From: Folioceros fuciformis
Lineage: Eukaryota
Assembly: GCA_049999805.1 (NCBI GenBank)
Contig: JBNGIO010005679.1
Location: forward strand, 62,001 to 89,457
Direction of reading: 5' to 3'
DNA: 27,457 bases
Below are positions 1-8,704 of this stretch, piece by piece; position 1 is the stretch's first letter, and each line of letters begins with the position of its first letter. The position numbers were made by a program, and so were the translations under genes. The notes below the pieces were generated by a model. It did no database searches and had not been told where the DNA came from. It was given only the letters and a program-made list of their open reading frames with translations.

Positions 1-2
1 TC

Positions 3-251
3 GTCTCGCCCCTCGACCTGTGCCTTTTGGGCTTGATCGACGAGCACGAAGACATCGCCGTCGACGTCTACGTCAAGGCCCTCAGGCTCGTCTTCCTGGT
101 GTGGATCCCGGCTTCCGCGGTCTGCTTCGTCTGCGGCTGCGTCGTCCCGTCCTACGATCTGGACCGCGCCGACGACGGCGAGCCCCGACGAAAACCGTAC
201 CTCTGCTCGCCGCCCAGGCATCCGGCCGTCGCGGCAGAACCCAAGCTTTAG
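3..251 (+). CDS. 3' end of a membrane protein, probably the last TM helix and tail of an MFS (DHA2-like) transporter; runs off the window start
   Basis: Open frame from 3 to TAG at 251 with very high GC3. It reads VDVYVKALRLVFLVWIPASAVCFVCGCVVPSYDLDRADD, a hydrophobic helix resembling the 'Y..AL..VF....P...L.R.DD' ends of 14-TM MFS exporters. Confidence 0.45.
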   Translation, partial: VSPLDLCLLGLIDEHEDIAVDVYVKALRLVFLVWIPASAVCFVCGCVVPSYDLDRADDGEPRRKPYLCSPPRHPAVAAEPKL

Positions 252-1275
252 TTTCGTTACTTAGCCTAGCCCATTTTTTTTGGCTGCTCTGTTACGCCGG
301 CCTGGCTTCATTTCCGTTTGAGACATACCCGGCTTTTCATTCAGAGCTCGGAGTCCTCTACTCCACACTTCCAGGCGCAGTCTAGCTCCTCTGCTCTTCA
401 GACCTTCTTGTGAATTACTCTTCTCTATCAAGGTATGAGGCTTGCCTAGGCAGCAGTGCTCTTATACATTTTGCCACTTGCACATGGCATGAGCTCTGTA
501 ACGGAATACATGCTACCAGGGTCTCTCTCTCGCTGTAGTTCAACTGCATTTTCACAGTGGGAGTCCAGGGCTATGATGCTTGCCAGACCAGCAATCAACA
601 CACCCACGCATGCAAGGCCCACCTGGTACACGAAATTACAAGCTCCGCACTGAGCAAAGAGGCACATAGTCGTTCGTTGCTGAATGCGTTAGTACAGGAC
701 AACATAGCCCACCATCTACAAACATGAAGCGGAGCCATGCTATTAAAATTGGCATCGCTATTACAGAAGCAAAGCCTCTATAACAGGCTGTCCAAGACCA
801 GTTCCTGCTAAGGACACCTGCTCTTCACATACATAGTCTACAACACTTCAATCTCACCACACAAATTCCATCTTCAGACCGTCTCGCGATTGTTTGATGA
901 TACTCCGCCGCACGGACCCCAGTGTCTTATTGCTTTGTATCAGACACACATGTGTGCATCGACTTCCTGTTGTAGTGATGTATAGGGAGAGGGCTAGCTG
1001 TTGCACGGAGCCATGGCTCTCTGGATCACGTACCAACTGACTCTCACGAAAGGCAGGGCAGAACCCAGTTGGTGGGTGCAACATACTGTACATACATCTG
1101 CAAGGAATGGCGGCCTCTGCACGACGATGTCCTTCTGGGGACAGAGGTGCGGGGGTGGCCGGAAACATCAATGTCAGGACATGTGTCAGTTGGCGTGAAT
1201 TTTTAAGCACAGACCGCATCAGGAGGATTTGTGCCTGACCAGTCGTCTTTGCGAAGAAATTAGCGGCCTTCGTGG

Positions 1276-4062
1276 ATGGCGGACCTGGCTGGGTGTGGCC
1301 CACCAGGGAAATGGAGCTCGCTGGCCGCTGGCCCCTCTTGGGGGTCTGTAGGATCGCAAATGGAGGTGTCGTCGGAAACCGTGCGCAAGCTATGCCGGCA
1401 GGGGCGGCTCGACAAGACCGTTGAGGCTTTGGGAATTATGGTGCATTCCGATTGTCACGTCTCCAAATCCCTCTTTCATACGGTCCTCAGAGAATGTGTG
1501 GTCAAGAGGGATCTGGCTCTGGGTCGCCTAGTGCATGCTCTGTCTGTGAAGGTGGGATACGAGTCGGACACGGTCTTATGCAACCACATCCTGAGAATGT
1601 ATGGTTCTCAAGCCAGGTTGGGGGAAGCGATGGATGTGTTCACCATGGTTGCCAAACCGGATGCCTTCACGTGGTCTGCCCTGATATCTGCGCATGTGAA
1701 ACACGGGGAAGATAAGCAGGCCATAGAGCTGTATCGTCGGATGCGCGGGTCCAATGTGATGCCAGATGGCCATGTCTTTGTAGCAGCACTTCAGGCTTGT
1801 GCACGAGGGGCAGACTTGGAATCTGGGCAGCTGGTGCATGCTGATGTGGTGGCCACTGGCGTTGAGCCTGACTTGTTCGTCTGCAGTGGCTTGGTGGACA
1901 TGTACTCGAAGTGTGGCAACTTGGATGGCGCTCAGAGAGTGTTTGACGGGGTGCCTTTCAAAGATGTGGTGATGTGGAATACCATGATAGCAGGATATTC
2001 CCAGCAGGGCATGGGTGAGGAGGCCCTTGATCTTTACAGTGCAATGCGAGAAGAAGGCATTGCTGCGCCCAATTCTGTGACATTTGTCTCTCTCCTGCAG
2101 GCATGTGCAAGTGTGGGCGGCAAGGCTCTGGAGAAGGGGAAACAGCTTCATGAAGAAATTAGAGATCGTGGACTGCGGGCTGATGCAGTCCTTGGTGGGA
2201 GCCTTGTGAACATGTATGCAAAGTGTGGAATCCTAGAGGATGCCCGGTGTGTCTTTGACGGACTTTCTCAGAAAGATGTCGTCACGTGGAACGCCATGAT
2301 AGCCGGGTACTCACAGAAGGGCAAGGGGCTGGAGGCTCTTCATCTTCTCAAGGCTATGCAGCACGAAGGCATGGTTGCACCCAGTGCCTCGACATTTGTG
2401 TCAGTCTTGCAGGCATGCGCAAGTTTGGGCACCCTGGCCATAGACGTGGGGAAGCACCTTCATGCACATCTTAAAGAAAGAGGGCTTCACTCTGATGTTT
2501 TTGTGGCCAACAGCTTGGTAAACATGTACGCAAAATGTGGGAGCCTGGAAGATGCGCAGGAAGTGTTTGACAGACTCGATCAGAAGAATGTGGTGACGTG
2601 GAATTCTTTGATAGCAGGGTATTCTCAGCAGGGCATGGGGCAGGAGGCCCTTCGTCTGTACGATGCCATGCAAGAAGCAGACATTGTTGTACCCGATGCT
2701 GTGACATTTGTGTGCCTCCTGCAGGCATGTGCTTGCTTGTCCACCGCCGGTTTGGAGGAAGGAAAGCGTCTTCATGATCAAATTAGGAAACAGGGCCTTG
2801 AAGCGGATGTCTTTGTAGCCAGCAGCTTGGTAAATATGTATGCGAACTGTGGAAGCGTAGATGATGCTCGGAGCTTGTTTGACGGGCTTGCTGAAAAAAA
2901 TGTTGTGACATGGAATGCCATGATAGCTGGATATTCTCAGCAGGGCATGGGGCATGAATCTCTTGCTCTGTACAGGGCTATGCGAGAAGAAGGCATGCCT
3001 GCACCTGACGGTGTGACATTTGTGTCCCTCCTTCTGGCATGTGCAAATGTAGGAGCTTTGCATGTGGGAAGACAGCTCCATGAGAAGATCAAAAAACAAG
3101 GGCTTCAAGAGGATCTCCTTGTAGCCGGCAGTTTGCTAAACATGTATGGGAAGTGTGGGAGCATGATTGATGCTCAGCGCGTATTTGAGGCATTACCAGA
3201 ACGAGACGGAGTCGCTTGGAATGCTCTGATAGCCGGCTACACTCGTCAAGGAGACAGCGAAGTGGTGTTTGACTTGGTTTCCAGAATGAAAGAGGATAGC
3301 ATACAGCCAGACAGCATCACATTCCTCAGCATACTGACGGTGTGCAGTCATACAGGCCTAGTGAACGAGGCGCAAAATTACTTTGAGTCGATGAGCGCAG
3401 ACTGTGGCATAACCCCAACGACAGACCACTACACGTGCATGGTGGATGTCCTGGGTCGTGCGGGACTTTTGGACAAGGCACTGACTGTAGTAAGAACAAT
3501 GCCTGCCCTGCCTGATGCCGCTGTTTGGCATACTCTGCTAGCTGCTTGTAGAAAGTGGAGTAACGTGGAGGTGGGACGCCATGCTTTTGATGAAGCAGTG
3601 AAGCTAGACAAGCAAGATGACGCTGCGTATGTGTCAATGTTGAATATTTACACAGGTGCCCAGATGTGGAAGCAGGCGAAGGAGATGCAGGAGAATAGAA
3701 TGAGAAACAGGGCCTGGAAGCAGCCAGGCCAGAGTTGGTGGACAGATATGGATGGGATGGTGCATTACTTTTTGGTTGGGCATACGAGGCATCCTGGGGG
3801 TAAAGAAGGAGTAAGCAGTCACCTTATGTCCGAACTGAAGATAGAAGTGGATGCGTCGAAAACCGAGTCTTCCCCGCCAGACGTAGCTGATGATGGGACG
3901 ACTCGTCATTTGTTTGCTCACGTTCTAACCCATTGTAAAGTAGTTGCCCTGACTGAGAGAAGCCGAGGGGATCTCGAATTTCAAGGTTTGCTTTGTTTGC
4001 CGTACGGCCATGACCTCCATATCGAAAGCGGAGAACCAATCCACGATTCTCACTGGTGCTAG
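1276..4062 (+). CDS. PLS-class PPR protein (20 PLS motifs, E1, E2, WW-type PG box, degenerate DYW), 928 aa; organellar RNA editing factor family
   Basis: Intronless ATG ORF with six L-S-P triplets (VVTWNAMIAGYSQQG / VTFVSLLQACA / NSLVNMYAKCGSLEDA), L2, S2 (DHYTCMVDVLGRAG), E1 (AAVWHTLLAACRKW), E2 and KQPGQSWWTDMDGMVHYFLVG. Confidence 0.93.
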   Translation: MADLAGCGPPGKWSSLAAGPSWGSVGSQMEVSSETVRKLCRQGRLDKTVEALGIMVHSDCHVSKSLFHTVLRECVVKRDLALGRLVHALSVKVGYESDTVLCNHILRMYGSQARLGEAMDVFTMVAKPDAFTWSALISAHVKHGEDKQAIELYRRMRGSNVMPDGHVFVAALQACARGADLESGQLVHADVVATGVEPDLFVCSGLVDMYSKCGNLDGAQRVFDGVPFKDVVMWNTMIAGYSQQGMGEEALDLYSAMREEGIAAPNSVTFVSLLQACASVGGKALEKGKQLHEEIRDRGLRADAVLGGSLVNMYAKCGILEDARCVFDGLSQKDVVTWNAMIAGYSQKGKGLEALHLLKAMQHEGMVAPSASTFVSVLQACASLGTLAIDVGKHLHAHLKERGLHSDVFVANSLVNMYAKCGSLEDAQEVFDRLDQKNVVTWNSLIAGYSQQGMGQEALRLYDAMQEADIVVPDAVTFVCLLQACACLSTAGLEEGKRLHDQIRKQGLEADVFVASSLVNMYANCGSVDDARSLFDGLAEKNVVTWNAMIAGYSQQGMGHESLALYRAMREEGMPAPDGVTFVSLLLACANVGALHVGRQLHEKIKKQGLQEDLLVAGSLLNMYGKCGSMIDAQRVFEALPERDGVAWNALIAGYTRQGDSEVVFDLVSRMKEDSIQPDSITFLSILTVCSHTGLVNEAQNYFESMSADCGITPTTDHYTCMVDVLGRAGLLDKALTVVRTMPALPDAAVWHTLLAACRKWSNVEVGRHAFDEAVKLDKQDDAAYVSMLNIYTGAQMWKQAKEMQENRMRNRAWKQPGQSWWTDMDGMVHYFLVGHTRHPGGKEGVSSHLMSELKIEVDASKTESSPPDVADDGTTRHLFAHVLTHCKVVALTERSRGDLEFQGLLCLPYGHDLHIESGEPIHDSHWC

Positions 4063-4150
4063 TCCAAGTGATGTGGAAAACTGTGACGAGGCGAGACCTC
4101 ACTCTTCAGGACATGACTCGCTAGTTTCCCATCAAACCCCCAAGCTGTAG
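3971..4150 (+). pseudogene. Out-of-frame remnant of the DYW domain C-terminal half of PPR gene 1
   Basis: The +1 frame reads ISNFKVCFVCRTAMTSISKAENQSTIL, matching the DYW consensus 'KNLRVCxDCHxxxKxISKxxxRxI'; CxxC at 3989-4000. Confidence 0.7.
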
Positions 4151-4592
4151 TCACAGCAAAACGAAAGGTGCTTCAGGTCCCCTTTACGAGGATGTGTGCA
4201 GCGAGTATGAAGGTTGTCCATTCCGGTGGAGATTCCAGACTCGAATTCGAATGTATGCAAATCTGGGCCTTTTAGAGCTCTAGGCTCAGCACGTGCTCCT
4301 GGCAGGCAATGGCTTTGTGGACCGATGTAATTGAGTCACGAACACAGCAACGGTGTCCCTAGTGGGCATAATTTCTGTGTACCCAAATCTTTCGGAAGAA
4401 GTCCTGGTCAGCCGACTGAAGGACCCAATCGTTGGGAACCAACGATGGCTCAACGGGGAGCAGTTACAGTCTGGTGATGTAAGACCAACAGATTCGCCTA
4501 AATGCTCGAGTTTCAGGAGGTCGTTAGAGTGGCTTCATAGATTGTGTAAGTCAGCTTGGGTGGATCCAAAGCTGGCGGCTGCTCTGGGGGAT

Positions 4593-7500
4593 ATGCAAAT
4601 GGCTTGTGCTACCCCTACATCGAGCTGGGCCGTGCCGGATGCTCTGGACACTCGCAAGTCTGCAGGTTATGAAAGTGGTGTGACTGCTCAAACCGTGCGC
4701 AAGCTATGTCAGCAGGAGCAGCTCAGTACGACTGTCGAAGCTCTGGGTGTTCTGGTCCATACAGACTGTCCTGTTTCCAAATCACTGTTTCATACTGTAC
4801 TCAGAGAATGTCTGTCCAGTAAGAATCTGCATCTCGGCCGTCGTGTTCATGCGTTTACCGTGAAGAAGGGCTATGAGTCGGACACGTTCTTGTGCAACCA
4901 CATTCTGCGAATGTATACTTCGCATGCCAGGTTACTGGAAGCCATGGATGTGTTCGCTGTGGCTGCCAAGCCAGATGCTTTAACGTGGTGTGCAATCATA
5001 TCTGCGCATGTTAAACAGGGACAAGATAGGAGGGCGATCCAACTATACCAAAGGATGCGTGAGTCCAGTGTGAAACCAGATGGTCATGTATTCGCAGCAG
5101 CTCTTCAGGCTTGTGCAAGGGGAGTAGATTTGAAATCTGGGCAGCAGGTGCATGCTGATGTTGTGGATAGTGGCATTGAGCCTGATTTGTTTGTATGTAG
5201 CGGCTTGGTGGATATGTATGCTAAGTGTGGCAGCTTGCAGGAAGCTCAGAAAGTGTTTGATGCGCTTTCTCAGAAAAGTGTGGTAACGTGGAGTGCCATG
5301 ATTGCAGGGTATGCCCAACAGGGCATGGGGCAGCAGGCTCTCCACCTGTACAAGGCTATGCGGGAGGAAGGTATTGTTACACCAAATTCTGTGACCTTTG
5401 TGTCTGTCCTACAGGCATGCGCAAGTATGGGCACGGTCGCTTTGGAGACGGGGAAGCAGCTTCATGTAGAAATTAGAGAGCAAGGACTTCAAGCTGATGT
5501 GGTCGTGGCCAATAGCTTGGTGAATATGTATGCAAAGTGTGGCAGCGTACCGGCGGCTGAGGTTGTGTTTAACGGGCTTCCTCATAAAGATGTGGTGTCA
5601 TGGAACATAATGATTGCTGGATATTCCCAGAAAGGCATGGGGCCCGAAGCTCTCCATCTCCTCATGGCTATGGAGGAAGAAGGCACAGCTGCACCCAATC
5701 CTGTGACGTTTGTGTCACTCCTGCAGGCATGTGCATGCATGGGGACCCTTGCTTTGGAGAAGGGAAAGAAGCTTCACACACAGATAAGAGAACGAGGGCT
5801 TCATACCGATGTCTTTGTGGCCAATAGCTTGGTGAACATGTATGCAAAGTGTGGGAGCCTAGATGATGCTCAGGGAGTGTTTGACAGACTTGGTCATAAG
5901 ACTGTGGTGACTTGGAATGCCATGATAGCCGCGTATTCCAGGCAGGGAAGGGGGCATGAGGCTCTGCGCCTGTACACTACTATGCAAGAGGAAGGCATTT
6001 TTGCACCTGATTCAGTGACTTTTGTGTGCCTCCTGCAGGCGTGTGCGAGTCTGGGCACCTCTGGTTTGGAGGAAGGAAAGCAGCTTCATGCACGAATCAG
6101 AGAACTGGGACTCCAAGCTGATGTGTTTGTAGGCAGTAGTTTGGTAAGCATGTATGCAAAGTGTGGCACCCTGAAAGATGCTCGTGCGGCGTTCGATGGA
6201 CTTGGTGACAAGAATGTGGTGACATGGAATGCCATGATATCCGGATACTCGCAGCAGGGAGTGGGACTGGAGGCTCTTGATCTCTACAGGTGCATGCAAG
6301 AAGAAGGTGTTGCGCCGGATTCTGTGACATTTATGTCCCTCTTGCAGGCGTGTGCTAGTGTGGGCATCGTTGCATTGCAGAAGGGGAAGCAGGTTCATGC
6401 ACAGATCAGAGAGCAAGGACTTCAATCTGATGTGGTTATTGCGAACAGCGTGGTGAACATGTATGCAAAGTGTGGAAGCTTGGAGGATGCTCATGGTGTG
6501 TTTAATGGACTTCCTCAGAAAGATGTAGTGACTTGGAATGCTCTGATAGCAGGGTATTCCCAGAAGGGGATGGGGCTGGAAGCTCTTCATCTCCTCAGTG
6601 CTATGGAGAAAGAAGGCATGGCTGCACCCAATTCTGTGACATTTCTCTCTCTACTGCAGGCATGTGCAAGTGTGGGCACCCTGGCGTTGGAGAAGGGGAG
6701 GCAACTTCATGCACAAATTAGAGAACAAGGTTTTCAGGCTGATGTATTCGTCGCCAACAGCTTGGTGAACATGTATGCAAAATGTGGTAGCCTGGAGGAT
6801 GCTCAACGCATGTTTGACGGGCTTACTCAGAAAGACGTGGTGACGTGGAATGCCATGATAGCAGGATATTCCCAGCGGGGCATGGGCCATGAAGCCCTTC
6901 GGCTTTGTGGGGCCATGCAAGAAGGCTTGACTGCACCCGATTCTGTGACATTTGTGTGTCTCCTGCAGGCATGTGCATCGTTGGGGAGCCTAGCTTTGGA
7001 GAAGGGAAAGCAGATTCATGCGCAAATAAGAGGACAAGAACTTGAAGGTGATGTGACCGTTGCTAGCAGTCTATTACACATGTATGCAAAGTGCGGCAGC
7101 TTGGAGGATGCTTGGGACATATTTGAAGGGCTTAATGAAAAAAATGTGGTAGTGTGGAGCGCCATGATAGCAGGGTACTCGCAGCAGGGCATGGGGCAGG
7201 AAGCTCTTGGTCTTTACAGGGCTATGCAAGAAGAAGGGATTGTTGCACTGGATCCTGTGATCTTTGTGTGTCTTCTTCAGGCGTGTGCGAGTGTGGCAGC
7301 TTTGTATGTGGGTAGGCAGCTACATTCACAGATTGAAGATCAGGGGCTTCAAGCTGACGCCGCGATAGGAAGCAGTCTGATAAACATGTACGCAAAGTCA
7401 GGAAGCATGGTTGACGCACAGCAGGTATTTGACGCTTTGCCGGACAGAGATGTTGTCATCTGGGGTGCACTGATTGCTGGATACGCCCGTCAAGGAGACA

Positions 7501-8126
7501 GTGAGAAGGTTTTTGACCTGGTGCTCAGAATGAGAAACGATGGCATACTCCCAGACACCATCACATTTGTCAACATACTCACAGTATGCAGTCACAGAGG
7601 TCTAGTGACCGAGGGTCGAGAATACTTTGAGGCTATGAGCAGAGTGTATGGCATCACTCCTACAGCGGACCACTACACATGCATGGTGGATCTCCTGGGA
7701 CGTGCTGGACAACTGGACGAGGCTTTAGCCGTAGCAAGGGCAATACCTGTGGTGCCTGATGCTGCAGTCTGGCACTCTCTTTTGGGTGCTTGTCAGAAAT
7801 GGTGCAACGTGGAGGCGGGACGCCACGCTTTCGATGAAGCAGTGAAACTCGACAAGGAGGATTCTGCAGCCTATGTCTTGATGTCGAACATATATACTGG
7901 TGCGCAGATGTGGGAGCAGGCCCGGGAAATACAGCTGAAGAGACAAGGCAACGGGGCAAGGAAGCAGCCAGGACAGAGCTGGTGGACCGACATGGACGGT
8001 CTGGTGCATAGTTTTTTGGTTGGGGATAAGAAGCATCCTTGCAGCGACGCGAGGATAAAACAGTTGTTCCTCAAAATGAATAAAGATTGTTTTGAGCCAC
8101 ACCTGGACTCCCGAGCGGCCGGATGA
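4593..8126 (+). CDS. PLS-class PPR protein (29 PLS motifs, E1, E2, WW-type PG box, DYW truncated by frameshift)
   Basis: The frame is open from at least 4353 (GTG) but the first in-frame ATG is 4593. Nine L-S-P triplets, L2, S2, E1, E2 and KQPGQSWWTDMDGLVHSFLVGDKKHP. The N-terminus is homologous to the neighbouring PPR genes; the true start is uncertain. Confidence 0.92.
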   Translation: MQMACATPTSSWAVPDALDTRKSAGYESGVTAQTVRKLCQQEQLSTTVEALGVLVHTDCPVSKSLFHTVLRECLSSKNLHLGRRVHAFTVKKGYESDTFLCNHILRMYTSHARLLEAMDVFAVAAKPDALTWCAIISAHVKQGQDRRAIQLYQRMRESSVKPDGHVFAAALQACARGVDLKSGQQVHADVVDSGIEPDLFVCSGLVDMYAKCGSLQEAQKVFDALSQKSVVTWSAMIAGYAQQGMGQQALHLYKAMREEGIVTPNSVTFVSVLQACASMGTVALETGKQLHVEIREQGLQADVVVANSLVNMYAKCGSVPAAEVVFNGLPHKDVVSWNIMIAGYSQKGMGPEALHLLMAMEEEGTAAPNPVTFVSLLQACACMGTLALEKGKKLHTQIRERGLHTDVFVANSLVNMYAKCGSLDDAQGVFDRLGHKTVVTWNAMIAAYSRQGRGHEALRLYTTMQEEGIFAPDSVTFVCLLQACASLGTSGLEEGKQLHARIRELGLQADVFVGSSLVSMYAKCGTLKDARAAFDGLGDKNVVTWNAMISGYSQQGVGLEALDLYRCMQEEGVAPDSVTFMSLLQACASVGIVALQKGKQVHAQIREQGLQSDVVIANSVVNMYAKCGSLEDAHGVFNGLPQKDVVTWNALIAGYSQKGMGLEALHLLSAMEKEGMAAPNSVTFLSLLQACASVGTLALEKGRQLHAQIREQGFQADVFVANSLVNMYAKCGSLEDAQRMFDGLTQKDVVTWNAMIAGYSQRGMGHEALRLCGAMQEGLTAPDSVTFVCLLQACASLGSLALEKGKQIHAQIRGQELEGDVTVASSLLHMYAKCGSLEDAWDIFEGLNEKNVVVWSAMIAGYSQQGMGQEALGLYRAMQEEGIVALDPVIFVCLLQACASVAALYVGRQLHSQIEDQGLQADAAIGSSLINMYAKSGSMVDAQQVFDALPDRDVVIWGALIAGYARQGDSEKVFDLVLRMRNDGILPDTITFVNILTVCSHRGLVTEGREYFEAMSRVYGITPTADHYTCMVDLLGRAGQLDEALAVARAIPVVPDAAVWHSLLGACQKWCNVEAGRHAFDEAVKLDKEDSAAYVLMSNIYTGAQMWEQAREIQLKRQGNGARKQPGQSWWTDMDGLVHSFLVGDKKHPCSDARIKQLFLKMNKDCFEPHLDSRAAG

Positions 8127-8704
8127 TGGCATGGAAGATTTCGTGTGTGGGCACAGCCGATATCTTCGGCCTTACCAAGCAGTCAGGTTAGAAAAACTGA
8201 GCAGGAAGGGACTCCTCTGAGAAAGGACCAAGTAGATGTGTTTGTAGTGTCGGATCTCGCGTCTTCTATTGGCACAGGAGACTTTTCACAGACGTTCAAA
8301 ACCTCAGCGAAAAGCTGCGGCAAATGTTCTCATTCGATGTCATCGTACTCGTAGCGTTGATCAGCTCTACCCGACATATTCTTGCTGTGAGCGGTAATTG
8401 ATTGCAACCGTTGCGAGAGTTGCACGATTCTTCCTGTATTTCCTCTACTTCCAATATTGAATTGCCAATCGCTGGACTTGAAGATGACATGTTGAGTGGT
8501 CATGGCTAGATCCATGTCTCACAGGTAGTAGTCATCTCTGCGCCTCTTGCATTACCAGGCTCAAAACGTGCTCCTGCATGCCATGGCTGTGCGGAGGGTA
8601 ACGGGAAATGTCCGAAGAGCCTCCGCTCAGTCAACTTCAAGGATTGGAAACAGTGAGGCTTCGAGGTCCAGTACCTGGCATAGAAAGCTAGCTCCTTCAA
8701 ACCT

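Noticed and set aside
446-860. Possible minus-strand exons with hydrophobic peptides
   Set aside because: Splice-like sites exist, but I could not build a consistent model or recognise a product.
3718-3783. U-to-C editing (DYW:KP) factor
   Set aside because: The box is PGQSWW, not KPAxA, and the catalytic motifs are broken.
4353-4592. GTG start for PPR gene 2; likewise the non-ATG starts at 12237 and 15952
   Set aside because: These are nuclear plant genes, so the first in-frame ATG was used.
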